From Methanocaldococcus jannaschii DSM 2661 (GTDB lineage: Archaea > AGJL01 > Methanococci > Methanococcales > Methanocaldococcaceae), in assembly GCF_000091665.1 (NCBI RefSeq), contig NC_000909.1:182871-214870 (forward strand): 32,000 nt of DNA, written 5' to 3'. A model generated the notes under the pieces. That model did no database searches and was not told the DNA's origin. It saw only the letters and a list, made by a program, of their open reading frames with translations. Every line of letters starts with the position of its first letter. Within the stretch, counting starts at the first letter, position 1. The position numbers and the translations under genes were made by a program. Shown piece by piece: positions 17,283 to 27,747 of this stretch.

Positions 17283-18065
17283 CTATAATTCATCTAAGCT
17301 TAAATTTTTCAATCTTTCAGCAATATAGTCAATCATATCTTTCAAATTTTTCTTGTTGTCAAAATCTTCAACTATCTTTAAAAGCTCTTCTCTATCCTTA
17401 TTTTTAAATTCTTTAACATATTTAATTAACAAAGGCATAGCTCTTGTTAGCTCATCCACTATTGTTATTGTTGATTTTCTTGCAGTTCTTGATAATGGAT
17501 TTAAATCTATAGCTATAACCTTTTTACCCATATTAACCAATGCCTCAGCCCTATCTCCATCCTCCAATGGAACTAAAACAACATCAGCAGTAAATATTCC
17601 TTCTTCTGAAACCTTTCCTCTCAAGCTATCCAAATTAGGAATCTGCTTATTTGCATCATCTATTCCCAAGATTTTTATCTTTCCTGTCTCAATATCATCT
17701 TTGAATTTTTCTTCAAATGCTCTTTTTATAGCCAATTCTCTCTCTTTAGTTCTATAGAATAGATTAACCTCTATTTTTCCATTTAATTCTTTTGCAAGCT
17801 CAACAACTTCATCTATTGCTAACGCTACAGTGTTTCCATTAACACTTATCACTGGATTTTCAGCTAAAATTAATAGAGCAGCAGCAGCTTTTATTGCCTC
17901 CAATGCTATTGGTGCTGTTTTTTCTCCAATTAAATAATCAAAAGTCTCTCCTCTACCGTGAGCTATCAATCCAGCCTTAGCTAAAATTCCTTTATCTAAA
18001 GCTTCAATTATCTTCTCTCTCTTCATTAATGACTCATATCTTGGATGTGTTTTAGGAATCTGCAT
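17283..18065 (-). CDS. 4-phosphopantoate--beta-alanine ligase (archaeal phosphopantothenate synthetase) family
   Basis: [44 protein letters not shown] matches my recollection of the COG1701 PPS family. ATG 18065 follows CGGTGATGAGA; upstream in-frame ATGs at 18071 and 18083 are possible. Confidence 0.6.
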
Positions 18066-18169
18066 TCTCATCACCGACAACATTAAACCTATAAATTTAT
18101 CACCAAATTTTTTATATGATAATTTTAAAATTTTGCATTAAAAAGAAATTTATCATTTAAGGTGATAGG

Positions 18170-19264
18170 ATGAAACTACATGAATATGAAGCTAAAAATA
18201 TATTTAAAAAGTATGGTATCCCAGTTCCTGAGAGCTTTTTAGTATCTAAGGAAGATGATTTAAACAGTATAAATGTTGATAAAGAAGTTGTTTTAAAAGC
18301 CCAAGTTTTAGTTGGTGGAAGAGGAAAAGCAGGAGGAATTTTATTTGCATCAAATAAAGAAGAATTCATAAAGAAAGCAGAAGAGTTGTTTAATAAAGAA
18401 GTTAAAGGAGAAAAAGTTGAAAAAATTTTAGTTGAAGAGAAATTGCCAATAGAAAAAGAATACTATGTATCAATTATCATAGACAGAGATGCTAAAAAAC
18501 CGTTAATCATCTTCTCAACTGAGGGAGGAGTTGATATTGAAGAAGTCGCTGAAAAGAATCCAGAAAAGATTATAAAGTACCATATTGATGTTAGAAAACC
18601 TTTCCTCCCTTATATTGCAAGATGGATAGTTAAAGAGGCAAAATTGCCAAGCAATGAGATTGGAAAGGTTGCTGATGTTATTTATAAGTTATACAAAATC
18701 TTTAAAGAGTTGGATGCTACAATGGTTGAAATCAATCCATTGGTTATAACTAAAGATGGAAACGTCTATGCCGCTGATGCTGTTCTTCACTTAGATGATG
18801 ATGCAGCATTTAGACATAACTATGAAGAATTTGAAGAATATAAAAATAAAGAAAAATTACCATTTGCCTACGTTGAGTTGGATGGAGATGTGGCAGTTAT
18901 AGGTAATGGAGCTGGTTTAACTTTGGCAAGTATGGATATTATAAATAACCTCGGCAGAAAGCCAGCTTGCTTCTTAGATATTGGAGGAGGGGCTGATGCT
19001 GAAACTGTAAAATTGGCTTTGAGAAAGGTTTTAGAAAACAAAAATGTTAAGGGAATATTTATTAATATTTTAGGAGGAATAACAAGGTGTGATGAAGTAG
19101 CAAAGGGAATTGTTGAAGTTTTAAAAGAACATCCAAATGTAAAGTTTGCTGTTAGAATGATGGGAACTAATGAAGAGATTGGAAGAAAAATATTGGAAGA
19201 ACATGGAATACCTTATGAGACATCAATGGAAGAAGCAGGAAGAAAATTGATTGAACAGCTATAA
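18170..19264 (+). CDS. sucC: succinyl-CoA ligase (ADP-forming) beta subunit
   Basis: MKLHEYEAKNIFKKYGIPVP ATP-grasp N-terminus, VVLKAQVLVGGRGKAGG, and C-terminal GGITRCDEVAKGIV. SD AAGGTGAT is present. Confidence 0.9.
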   Translation: MKLHEYEAKNIFKKYGIPVPESFLVSKEDDLNSINVDKEVVLKAQVLVGGRGKAGGILFASNKEEFIKKAEELFNKEVKGEKVEKILVEEKLPIEKEYYVSIIIDRDAKKPLIIFSTEGGVDIEEVAEKNPEKIIKYHIDVRKPFLPYIARWIVKEAKLPSNEIGKVADVIYKLYKIFKELDATMVEINPLVITKDGNVYAADAVLHLDDDAAFRHNYEEFEEYKNKEKLPFAYVELDGDVAVIGNGAGLTLASMDIINNLGRKPACFLDIGGGADAETVKLALRKVLENKNVKGIFINILGGITRCDEVAKGIVEVLKEHPNVKFAVRMMGTNEEIGRKILEEHGIPYETSMEEAGRKLIEQL

Positions 19265-19328
19265 CAAAATAATTTTTATTTTATATTATTTCCCATAATT
19301 TTTTAATTTGTTTAATAAGGTGGCTTTT

Positions 19329-19826
19329 ATGAACATCCCAATGATGGATTTAATAATGATTGTTATAGCCATAATTATAACAATTGGTAGTTTTTTATTT
19401 ATAGCATATTTAATTTTCAAATATTCAAAAATAAAGAAACAAGTTAAAATAATAAGAGAGGTTAAGATAAACCTACCTAAGATGTTAAAGAGTAATATGA
19501 TTAAAAATTCTTTTTTGATTATTTCATTACTATGCTTTTACTTTGGAATGCTGTATATTGCAGGAGAACTTGTAATATCTCATATATTATTCATTGCAAT
19601 ATGTTGGATTGTAGTATTCCTATACATTATTATAAAGGGAGAAACCAGAGGGTATATTTGTGAAGAGGGGTTATTAGTAAGCGGAGTTCTTTATTCATGG
19701 AAGGAGTTTAAAGATGTTAAAATAGAAGACAACTACATAATACTAACAACCCCAATACATAAGATAGTTATTAAAAAAGAAAAAGGCGTTGAAAATATAC
19801 TAAAAAATTACTTAAAAAGAAATTAA
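19329..19826 (+). CDS. hypothetical membrane protein (3 TM helices plus a small soluble C-terminal domain)
   Basis: ATG 19329 lies 5 nt after AAGGTGG. Hydrophobic segments include LIMIVIAIIITIGSFLFIAYLIF, FLIISLLCFYFGMLYIAG and ILFIAICWIVVFLYIII. No family was recognised. Confidence 0.55.
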   Translation: MNIPMMDLIMIVIAIIITIGSFLFIAYLIFKYSKIKKQVKIIREVKINLPKMLKSNMIKNSFLIISLLCFYFGMLYIAGELVISHILFIAICWIVVFLYIIIKGETRGYICEEGLLVSGVLYSWKEFKDVKIEDNYIILTTPIHKIVIKKEKGVENILKNYLKRN

Positions 19827-19841
19827 ATTGTTGGTGGAAAA

Positions 19842-20759
19842 ATGATATTAGTTACTGGAGGAGCAGGTTTTATTGGTAGTCATATAGTGGATAAACTAAT
19901 CGAAAACAACTACGATGTAATTATCTTAGATAATTTAACAACAGGAAATAAAAATAACATAAATCCAAAGGCAGAGTTTGTAAATGCAGATATTAGAGAT
20001 AAAGACTTAGATGAAAAAATTAATTTTAAAGATGTTGAAGTTGTTATACATCAAGCAGCTCAAATAAACGTTAGAAATTCTGTTGAAAATCCAGTATATG
20101 ATGGAGACATCAATGTTTTAGGAACTATAAATATCTTAGAGATGATGAGAAAATACGATATAGATAAAATTGTATTCGCATCTTCTGGTGGAGCAGTTTA
20201 TGGAGAACCAAATTATTTGCCAGTAGATGAAAATCATCCAATAAACCCATTATCTCCTTATGGGTTAAGTAAATACGTGGGAGAGGAATATATTAAGCTA
20301 TACAACCGTTTATATGGAATTGAATATGCAATTTTGAGATATTCAAATGTCTATGGAGAGAGGCAAGACCCAAAAGGAGAGGCTGGAGTTATAAGCATAT
20401 TTATAGATAAAATGTTAAAAAACCAAAGCCCAATTATTTTTGGAGATGGAAATCAAACAAGGGATTTTGTCTATGTTGGAGATGTAGCTAAAGCTAATTT
20501 AATGGCTTTAAATTGGAAGAATGAGATAGTAAATATTGGGACTGGAAAAGAGACATCAGTAAATGAATTATTTGATATAATAAAGCATGAGATTGGGTTT
20601 AGAGGAGAAGCAATATATGATAAACCAAGAGAGGGAGAGGTCTATAGAATTTATCTGGATATAAAAAAGGCAGAATCTTTAGGTTGGAAGCCAGAGATTG
20701 ATTTAAAAGAGGGAATAAAGAGAGTCGTTAATTGGATGAAAAATAATAATAGGACATAG
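19842..20759 (+). CDS. NAD-dependent sugar-nucleotide epimerase/dehydratase (UDP-glucose 4-epimerase-like SDR)
   Basis: ILVTGGAGFIGSH Rossmann motif, catalytic SPYGLSKYVGE (YxxxK), 305 aa. Confidence 0.85.
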   Translation: MILVTGGAGFIGSHIVDKLIENNYDVIILDNLTTGNKNNINPKAEFVNADIRDKDLDEKINFKDVEVVIHQAAQINVRNSVENPVYDGDINVLGTINILEMMRKYDIDKIVFASSGGAVYGEPNYLPVDENHPINPLSPYGLSKYVGEEYIKLYNRLYGIEYAILRYSNVYGERQDPKGEAGVISIFIDKMLKNQSPIIFGDGNQTRDFVYVGDVAKANLMALNWKNEIVNIGTGKETSVNELFDIIKHEIGFRGEAIYDKPREGEVYRIYLDIKKAESLGWKPEIDLKEGIKRVVNWMKNNNRT

Positions 20760-20885
20760 CCTCATATTGTGATATATCCTATTAACTTTTAATGAAACTT
20801 TTTTAAAATCCGATGAAAGGTTTAAATAGATGATGAAATTATTTCTATATATCTTTAATCTAACAACTCAAGAAAGGTTGAGAGC

Positions 20886-21149
20886 ATGGATAATGTAGTG
20901 TTGATAGGGAAGAAGCCAGTGATGAACTACGTTGTAGCAGTTCTAACACAGCTAACAAGCAATGATGAAGTGATAATAAAAGCAAGAGGAAAAGCTATCA
21001 ACAAAGCAGTGGATGTTGCAGAGATGATAAGAAACAGATTTATAAAGGACATAAAAATTAAAAAAATAGAGATAGGAACTGATAAAGTGAAGAACCCAGA
21101 TGGTAGAGAAGTTAATGTTTCAACGATTGAAATTGTTTTAGCTAAATAA
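20886..21149 (+). CDS. albA: DNA/RNA-binding protein Alba
   Basis: 87 aa; [19 protein letters not shown]...[22 protein letters not shown] is the Alba/Sac10b signature. Confidence 0.9.
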   Translation: MDNVVLIGKKPVMNYVVAVLTQLTSNDEVIIKARGKAINKAVDVAEMIRNRFIKDIKIKKIEIGTDKVKNPDGREVNVSTIEIVLAK

Positions 21150-21263
21150 ATTTTATAATTCTTTTTTATAAGGTAAGTTTTGATAATACATTATATTTTC
21201 TCAACATTAAAATGTCTTCATTTTAATCTCGCTAAATAATCATAAATCTCAAAAGGTGTTGAT

Positions 21264-21713
21264 ATGCTAAATTCTATAAAACTTAGTGCAATAGTTCATG
21301 CCACAGAGGATGAGGATAAGGTTTTAGAGGCGATAGAATTTTTTATTCCTGAGAACGTTGATGAGGAAAAAATAGACTTAGATGTTGTTGAAACGCAGGG
21401 ATACTTTGGAAACCCAATAAAAATTATCAATGTCAATGTTGAAGGAAAAGAGGCTAAGAAGATATTTAAACATATTATAGATTTAATAAAATCAGATGAT
21501 AAAAATATAAATAAACTGAAGAAAGATTTACACTTAAGAGTTGAGGATAACAAATTTTATGTTAGATTTGATAAGCAGAAGGCTTATTTGGGAGAGTGTA
21601 GAGTTGTAGATGGTGATGATATTATAAGAGCTGTTTTCAACTTTAAAATATTTACTCCAAAAAATAAGGAGGAGAAGGTTAAGGAAATTGTCGCTAACGA
21701 ACTCGGATTTTAA
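21264..21713 (+). CDS. predicted RNA-binding protein (DUF54 / COG1931-like, often auto-annotated as exosome subunit)
   Basis: 149 aa. The N-terminal SAIVHATEDEDKVLEAI matches the HATED-type start I associate with this archaeal family. SD AAAGGTG is present. Confidence 0.55.
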   Translation: MLNSIKLSAIVHATEDEDKVLEAIEFFIPENVDEEKIDLDVVETQGYFGNPIKIINVNVEGKEAKKIFKHIIDLIKSDDKNINKLKKDLHLRVEDNKFYVRFDKQKAYLGECRVVDGDDIIRAVFNFKIFTPKNKEEKVKEIVANELGF

Positions 21714-21802
21714 AATTATTAAGATTTTTATAGTTTTGATTAAACCTTTTTAAAAAGTTGGATTAAGGAAATTGTTATTAAAGGGCTAAAATTGGGATAA
21801 AT

Positions 21803-22177
21803 ATGCATGAATTATCTTACGCCAATGCCATGCTTGAAGCAATATTAAACAGCATAAAAAAAGAGGAAGAAAAAGGAAAGAAAATAAAAAAAGTTACAGA
21901 AATCAACTTAGAAGTTGGAGAACTAACATTTATCAATGTTGAGCAGTTAAAATTTGCATTTGAAGTTATTGCTGAAGGAACTGTATGTGAGGGAGCTAAA
22001 ATTAACGTTGAATTTATAAAACCAAAGTGTAAATGCTTAGACTGTGGATATGAGGGAGAACCAGAGATTTTAGATGAATTTGAGGTCTATTGCCCAAAGT
22101 GTAAAAGTATAAGATTAAAATTATCTGGAGGGAAGGAGTTTAATATAAAAAATGCCACAGTTGAGTATGAAGATTAA
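21803..22177 (+). CDS. hypA: hydrogenase nickel-insertion protein HypA
   Basis: MHELS N-terminus (Ni site) and the zinc motif CKCLDCG...YCPKC; 124 aa. Confidence 0.9.
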   Translation: MHELSYANAMLEAILNSIKKEEEKGKKIKKVTEINLEVGELTFINVEQLKFAFEVIAEGTVCEGAKINVEFIKPKCKCLDCGYEGEPEILDEFEVYCPKCKSIRLKLSGGKEFNIKNATVEYED

Positions 22178-22313
22178 AGAGAAAAAAGATAGCAGTCATT
22201 TTATTTAATATTAAAGCATAAACCTTATTTTCACATTAACTATTATTTAATGTATTATCCCCTACTAAATATTTTTTACCCTACATTTTGTAAATATGGA
22301 TTTCTCAAGATAG

Positions 22314-22763
22314 TTACCCTCTCTTTTTCATTTTCAAATACTCTATTACAAACTCTTCCTGCTCTTCTGTCTCAACTGCACACTCACAATAACGCTCTCT
22401 AACATACTCTATTGGATTTTTAATCCCATTTAATCCAGCCCATACGGCTAAAACAGTTCCCGTCCTCCCATGCCCACCAATACAAGAAACAACAACCTCC
22501 TTTTCTTTAGAAACATGATATTTTATAAAATCAACAATCAAATCCATATCTTCAACAGTCGGAATACCATAATCCTCAATTGGCACATATAATGTCGGAA
22601 TTCTCATCGGATATTCTATAATTTCACACCATCTCCTTAACCATAACTCATCCAATATCACAAAACCTCCAATCTTATCCATTAAATGAAATGGAAAATT
22701 AGGAAAGCTTGCTGGTCTTACACCAAAAATACTAACTTCACCATTATGCTTGCATCTTCCCAT
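22314..22763 (-). CDS. cysteine-dependent (CX5R) protein-tyrosine/dual-specificity phosphatase-like protein
   Basis: VVVSCIGGHGRTGTVLA contains the C-x5-R P-loop, and an upstream IEDYGIP could carry the general acid Asp. The ATG at 22763 (MGRCKHNG...) is preferred; the track start at 22793 is a TTG. Confidence 0.7.
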   Translation of the reverse strand: MGRCKHNGEVSIFGVRPASFPNFPFHLMDKIGGFVILDELWLRRWCEIIEYPMRIPTLYVPIEDYGIPTVEDMDLIVDFIKYHVSKEKEVVVSCIGGHGRTGTVLAVWAGLNGIKNPIEYVRERYCECAVETEEQEEFVIEYLKMKKRG

Positions 22764-22869
22764 GCTCTCACACTTAAGTATGGCAATATACAAATATAAA
22801 TGAATAAAAATAAATTAAAATTAATATTATCAAAAATCTTAAAAAAGTTTAAAAATTAAAATTTAGAAT

Positions 22870-24267
22870 TTATTTCTTTCTGTATTTTGGATGATACTTC
22901 TCAATTAACTCCCTATCAACTCTCTTCAACTCTTCTTCTGGTAATATAGCTAACAACTCCCATAACAAGTCAAGAGTTTCCTCTATACTTCTATCCTCAT
23001 CCTTTCCTTGTCTAACAAACTTATCTTCAAACTCATCTGCAAACTTCAAGTATGCCCTATCCCTATCTGTCAATGCCTCTTCCCCAACAACAGCAACTAA
23101 ATCTCTTAAACTTCTACCCTCTGCATAGGCAGCATAAGCCTGGTTAACAACTTTTTTATGGTCTTCTCTTGTTTTTCCTGGACCCTGTCCGTTTCCAGCC
23201 AATCTTGATAATGATGGAAGAACATCAACTGGTGGGTAGATACCTTTTCTGTGCAACTCTCTTGATAAGACAATCTGCCCCTCTGTAATATAACCAGTTA
23301 AGTCAGGAATTGGGTGAGTTATATCATCATCTGGCATTGTCAAGATTGGAATTTGAGTTATTGTTCCTGTTCTACCTTTAACTCTACCAGCTCTTTCATA
23401 GATTGTAGCCAAGTCAGTATACATGTAACCTGGGTAACCTCTTCTTCCCGGAACCTCGTTTCTTGCTGCTGAGATTTCTCTTAACGCCTCACAGTAGTTT
23501 GTCATATCTGTTAGGATAACAAGAACGTGCATATCCTTCTCATAAGCTAAGTATTCAGCAACAGTTAAAGCAATTCTTGGTGTTAAAATTCTCTCAATTG
23601 CAGGGTCGTCAGCTAAGTTTATGAAGACAACTGCTCTCTCTAAAGCTCCTGTCTTTCTAAACTCTTCCATGAAGAAGTTTGCCTCTTCTGATGTAATACC
23701 CATTGCTGCAAAGACAACTGCGAATTTCTCTCCTTCTCCTCTAACCTTTGCCTGTCTTGCAATCTGTGCAGCTAACTGGTTGTGTGGCAAACCAGAACCT
23801 GAGAAGATTGGCAGTTTCTGCCCTCTAACTAATGTATTCATTCCATCAATTGTTGAAATACCTGTTTGGATGAAATCACTTGGAACTTTTCTTGAAACAG
23901 GGTTTAATGGATAACCATTAATATCTAACTCTTTCTCAGGAACTATTTCTGGTCCTCCATCAATTGGTTTCCCTGCTCCGTTGAATATTCTTCCTAACAT
24001 TTCCATTGAAACTCCAATCTTAGCAGTTCTTCCTGTGAATCTTACTCTTGTATCTTTTGTGCTTAATCCTGTTGTTCCCTCAAATACCTGAACAACTGCT
24101 AAACCCTCTCTTGCCTCCAAAACCTGTCCCATTCTCTTCTCTCCATCTGGACAGATAACCTCAACAATCTCTCCATAAGCTGCTCCTTCAACTCCCTCAA
24201 CGATTAACAAAGGTCCTGCAATACTCTTAACTGATGAGTATTCAATTGCTGATGCTGCTGTAGCCAT
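22870..24267 (-). CDS. atpB: A1AO ATP synthase subunit B
   Basis: 465 aa; ...[21 protein letters not shown]... and overall A/V-type B-subunit collinearity. SD GAGGTGATGAT is present. Confidence 0.95.
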   Translation of the reverse strand: MATAASAIEYSSVKSIAGPLLIVEGVEGAAYGEIVEVICPDGEKRMGQVLEAREGLAVVQVFEGTTGLSTKDTRVRFTGRTAKIGVSMEMLGRIFNGAGKPIDGGPEIVPEKELDINGYPLNPVSRKVPSDFIQTGISTIDGMNTLVRGQKLPIFSGSGLPHNQLAAQIARQAKVRGEGEKFAVVFAAMGITSEEANFFMEEFRKTGALERAVVFINLADDPAIERILTPRIALTVAEYLAYEKDMHVLVILTDMTNYCEALREISAARNEVPGRRGYPGYMYTDLATIYERAGRVKGRTGTITQIPILTMPDDDITHPIPDLTGYITEGQIVLSRELHRKGIYPPVDVLPSLSRLAGNGQGPGKTREDHKKVVNQAYAAYAEGRSLRDLVAVVGEEALTDRDRAYLKFADEFEDKFVRQGKDEDRSIEETLDLLWELLAILPEEELKRVDRELIEKYHPKYRKK

Positions 24268-24313
24268 ATCATCACCTCAAATAAAGAGTTTGTAAAGTTT
24301 TAAGGAAAGGAAT

Positions 24314-26077
24314 TTAGTTTAATGAACCTAATTCATTCTTAATTTTCTCCATTATTTCTTTTGATTTAACATTTATAAACTCATCGTGTGGGATGTATTT
24401 CATTCTTGCAATATCTTGCTTAACTGAAACTCCTAAAATCTTAGCTGGTTCAACTCCTCTTTCAACTGCCTTCAATGCTTCTTGGTAGAATGTCATAATT
24501 ATCTTTAACATTAAGTACTGTTTCATTGGAGGACAGTAGGTATCTACCTCATCAAACGCATCTTGCTGTAAGAAATCCTCCCTCAACATTCTTGCAACTT
24601 CTAAAATAACTCTCTCCCTATCTGGCAATGCATCAGGCCCAACTAACTGAACAATCTCTTGCAACTCTGCCTCTTTTTGTAATAAGCTCATTGCTTCATC
24701 TCTTAATTGTCTCCAATCTGGACCAGTATTTGTGTTCCACCACTCTGTAACATCATCAATGTATAATGAATAACTCTGCAACCAGTTGATAGCTGGGAAG
24801 TGTCTTCTTCTTGCCAAGTTTGCATCTAACGCCCAGAATACCTTAACTATCCTTAGTGTGTTTGATGTAACTGGTTCTGAGAAGTCCCCTCCTGGTGGTG
24901 AAACAGCTCCAACGATACAAACGAATCCTTGTCTGTTATCTTTCCCTAAGGTTATAACTCTTCCAGCTCTTTCATAGAACTGAGCCAATCTTGAAGCTAA
25001 GTATGCTGGATACCCTTCTTCCCCTGGCATTTCTTCCAATCTACCTGAAATTTCTCTCATTGCCTCTGCCCATCTTGATGTTGAATCTGCTGTTAATAAA
25101 ACTCCATAACCCATATCTCTGAAGTACTCTGCAATTGTAATTCCTGTATAGACAGATGCTTCCCTTGCAGCGACAGGCATGTTTGATGTGTTGGCTATTA
25201 ATACAGTTCTATCCATTAATTTGTTTCCAGTTCTAATATCTTCTAAGTGTGGGAACTCTTCAATAACCTCTGTCATCTCGTTTCCTCTTTCTCCACATCC
25301 GATATAAACAACGACATCAGCGTCAGACCACTTTGCCAACTGATGCTGAGTAACCGTTTTTCCTGAACCGAATGGACCTGGAATTGCTGCTGTTCCTCCT
25401 TTTGCTAATGTAAAGAAAGTGTCTTCAACTCTTTGCCCTGTAATTAATGGAATTTCTGGAGGTAGTTTCTCTTTATATGGTCTTGGTTTTCTTACTGGCC
25501 ATTTTTGCATCATTGTAATTTCTTTCCTTTCTCCATTTTCTGTTTCTACAACTGCAACTGTCTCTTCAACTGTAAATTTACCCTCTTTTATTTCAACAAT
25601 TTTTCCTTTAACACCAATTGGAACTAAGATTTTATGAACTATTGAAGGAGTTTCATCAACAGTTCCAATTATGTCTCCTTCTTCAACATAATCTCCTTCA
25701 TTTACCACTGGTTTAAATTCCCATTTTATATCTCTTGGTAATGCAGGGACATCAACTCCTCTTGGGATAAAGATTGAACCTGTTTTCTCTTCAATTGCTG
25801 TTAAAGGCCTCTGAATACCATCATACATAGCTCTTAACATCCCTGGCCCTAATTCAACAGACAATGGAGCTCCAGTACCAACAACTGGCTCTCCTGGTTT
25901 AATTCCAGATGTTTCTTCATAAACCTGAATAACTGCTTTATCATCGTGCAACTGAATGATTTCTCCAGTCAATTTCTCTTCTCCTACTTTAACGACCTCA
26001 TACATCTGAGCTCCTTTCATTCCCTCTGCAACTACAACAGGCCCTGCGATTTTAATAATCTTACCAACAACTGGCAT
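24314..26077 (-). CDS. atpA: A1AO ATP synthase catalytic subunit A
   Basis: Walker A GPFGSGKT, the non-homologous insert region typical of A subunits, and no intein. ATG 26077 ([15 protein letters not shown]) follows GAGAGGTTGAGAAT. The track start at 26098 lacks an SD. Confidence 0.95.
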   Translation of the reverse strand: MPVVGKIIKIAGPVVVAEGMKGAQMYEVVKVGEEKLTGEIIQLHDDKAVIQVYEETSGIKPGEPVVGTGAPLSVELGPGMLRAMYDGIQRPLTAIEEKTGSIFIPRGVDVPALPRDIKWEFKPVVNEGDYVEEGDIIGTVDETPSIVHKILVPIGVKGKIVEIKEGKFTVEETVAVVETENGERKEITMMQKWPVRKPRPYKEKLPPEIPLITGQRVEDTFFTLAKGGTAAIPGPFGSGKTVTQHQLAKWSDADVVVYIGCGERGNEMTEVIEEFPHLEDIRTGNKLMDRTVLIANTSNMPVAAREASVYTGITIAEYFRDMGYGVLLTADSTSRWAEAMREISGRLEEMPGEEGYPAYLASRLAQFYERAGRVITLGKDNRQGFVCIVGAVSPPGGDFSEPVTSNTLRIVKVFWALDANLARRRHFPAINWLQSYSLYIDDVTEWWNTNTGPDWRQLRDEAMSLLQKEAELQEIVQLVGPDALPDRERVILEVARMLREDFLQQDAFDEVDTYCPPMKQYLMLKIIMTFYQEALKAVERGVEPAKILGVSVKQDIARMKYIPHDEFINVKSKEIMEKIKNELGSLN

Positions 26078-26137
26078 ATTCTCAACCTCTCTTTTCATTT
26101 AACGTTTTTATTGGTTTTATCGTAATCTTAGTTATCA

Positions 26138-26434
26138 TTATTTCATTGAAACTCCAATTGCTTTTCTTATTAACTCTTTAACTGGGTCTATTCTCTCAAG
26201 CTTACCATGCTTATCTGGGATTTCAACGATAACCTTATTTATATTTTTTAACTTGTCTTTTATACTTTCAGCTATCCTCTCAGTGATAATTATGAAGGCT
26301 ATGTTTTCATTGTTTGCAAGCTCGTTAATTGCTTTTACTGCCTCTTCATCATTCTTAACTTCATAAACATCAGTTAAACCAGCCAGCCTAAAACCAATGG
26401 CGGTTTCTCTATCTCCAACAACGCCAACTTTCAT
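26138..26434 (-). CDS. atpF: A1AO ATP synthase subunit F
   Basis: 98 aa; MKVGVVGDRETAIGFRLAGL is typical of V/A-type F subunits. SD AGGTGAGG is present. Confidence 0.9.
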   Translation of the reverse strand: MKVGVVGDRETAIGFRLAGLTDVYEVKNDEEAVKAINELANNENIAFIIITERIAESIKDKLKNINKVIVEIPDKHGKLERIDPVKELIRKAIGVSMK

Positions 26435-26444
26435 TTTACCTCAC

Positions 26445-27644
26445 CTACAATGATATAAGCAGAGACCTTATTTCTTCTGGCTTTAAGTTTTCTATTTTAC
26501 CTTTAATTATTGCCTTAAGGTTTTTAACTTCAAGCTCTTTGCTAACAATCAGGCCAATAATTGGACCTACACCAAATGGTTTTCTTGTTGATAGTTTTTT
26601 ACCTTTCTCTAATACAAATTTATCCAATGCCTTTTCAAATGCATAGATGGATTTTGTTTTCTCATACTCTTCCATTGCTTCAGCTAAAACTTCAGCATAG
26701 CTTGTTCCTTCTAAACCGCTTAAAACTCCCTCAATACCTCCAGCACTCATCAAATCTTTTAACTTCCAATCAGCCAATTCATAGCCAGTTAAAGTTACAT
26801 ATTTGCTTAGTTCTTCAGCTGATAAACCGTCTGCTTTACCTTTTAATATAACTTTCAAGTTTTCAACATCAATTATTGTCCCTACAAACTCTCTAAAGAT
26901 ATCTTCTTCTTTACCTTCAGTCATTATGGTTTTTCTTAAACTCTCTAAGTAGTATTTATCCAATGCCAACTCAAATCCTATTATGTTAGATGTTTGATCA
27001 TAGTTTGATAACTCCTCCTGCAATATCTTAAAGTATTCAGTGCCGTCTAAACCTCTAACAACTTCTTCAACTGTTTTAACTTCAGCCAATTCTTTTAATT
27101 TTTCAACAGGTATATTTCCTAATGGTATTAGCAAAGCATAAGTTTCCTCAGCACTTAATCCTACGAATTTAGCTCTTATTAATGTTTTTATATTTTTGAT
27201 ATCAAATTTTTTGGCAAATACTTTAAGGACTTTCTTTGCACTGTCTGGAGATATTCTATATATCAATCCATACAAGTCAGCTAAATACATATCTAATGCC
27301 TTTTCAACAGCAACAGGGTCTTTTAATTCGTTCATAACCTCTATAACATATTGCCCGTAATCAGTATCTTCTAACAATCCAACTAATTCTTCTAAGCTGC
27401 CAGATTCAATCAATTCATTTAATTTAGCATCATCAAACAATTTTGCTTCTTTACTCCTTATTCTTGCATTAACATAAGCATAAGGAGCTAAATCAATGAC
27501 CATCTTTGTAATCCATACGATTACAATAAGAACAATGATTATAGTTGCTACAACAATAAGCAATGTTAAAGGGTTATCAAAATATGTCATTATAGCAGAG
27601 TATAACTTCTCCAAATCTAACAATGTCTCTATATCCATCGCCAT
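26445..27644 (-). CDS. atpC: A1AO ATP synthase subunit C (V-type d homologue) with an N-terminal hydrophobic extension
   Basis: The conserved core starts at PYAYVNARIRSKEAKL (residue 54). It is preceded by 53 residues that include LTLLIVVATIIIVLIVIVWIT. ATG 27644 lies 6 nt after AGGTGA. Confidence 0.9.
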   Translation of the reverse strand: MAMDIETLLDLEKLYSAIMTYFDNPLTLLIVVATIIIVLIVIVWITKMVIDLAPYAYVNARIRSKEAKLFDDAKLNELIESGSLEELVGLLEDTDYGQYVIEVMNELKDPVAVEKALDMYLADLYGLIYRISPDSAKKVLKVFAKKFDIKNIKTLIRAKFVGLSAEETYALLIPLGNIPVEKLKELAEVKTVEEVVRGLDGTEYFKILQEELSNYDQTSNIIGFELALDKYYLESLRKTIMTEGKEEDIFREFVGTIIDVENLKVILKGKADGLSAEELSKYVTLTGYELADWKLKDLMSAGGIEGVLSGLEGTSYAEVLAEAMEEYEKTKSIYAFEKALDKFVLEKGKKLSTRKPFGVGPIIGLIVSKELEVKNLKAIIKGKIENLKPEEIRSLLISL

Positions 27645-27656
27645 TAGGCATCACCT

Positions 27657-27716
27657 TTAGAACAACTTCTCTGTAATTCTCGCCCTCCATAGGAAAACCC
27701 TATTGAAATACCGAAT
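27657..27716 (-). pseudogene. relic duplicate of the atpE 3' end (19 codons plus stop)
   Basis: Minus-strand translation [19 protein letters not shown] compares with the live AtpE C-terminus [19 protein letters not shown]. The last 30 nt are 26/30 identical to 27748-27777, and all four differences are synonymous third-position changes. The relic stop directly abuts the atpC SD. Confidence 0.6.
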
Positions 27717-27747
27717 TCATTAGAGAGGCAATTAGTATCTTGTTATT

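Noticed and set aside
20826-20840. AGAUGAUGA upstream of alba as a C box of an sRNA
   Set aside because: No CUGA D box or terminal stem lies within 40-70 nt on the same strand. It is more likely part of the alba promoter or leader.
21206-21227. Perfect 9-bp hairpin AUUAAAAUG-UCUU-CAUUUUAAU downstream of alba as a terminator or regulatory stem
   Set aside because: It is entirely A/U apart from one G-C pair, so it would be unstable at the growth temperature of a hyperthermophile. Such palindromes arise easily by chance in AT-rich spacers. I recorded it but do not call it.
24314-26098. Possible intein or N-terminal extension in atpA
   Set aside because: The length (about 587 aa from Met8) and uninterrupted motifs around GPFGSGKT show no intein. 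The 7-codon extension (MKREVEN) lacks an SD, whereas Met8 has one.
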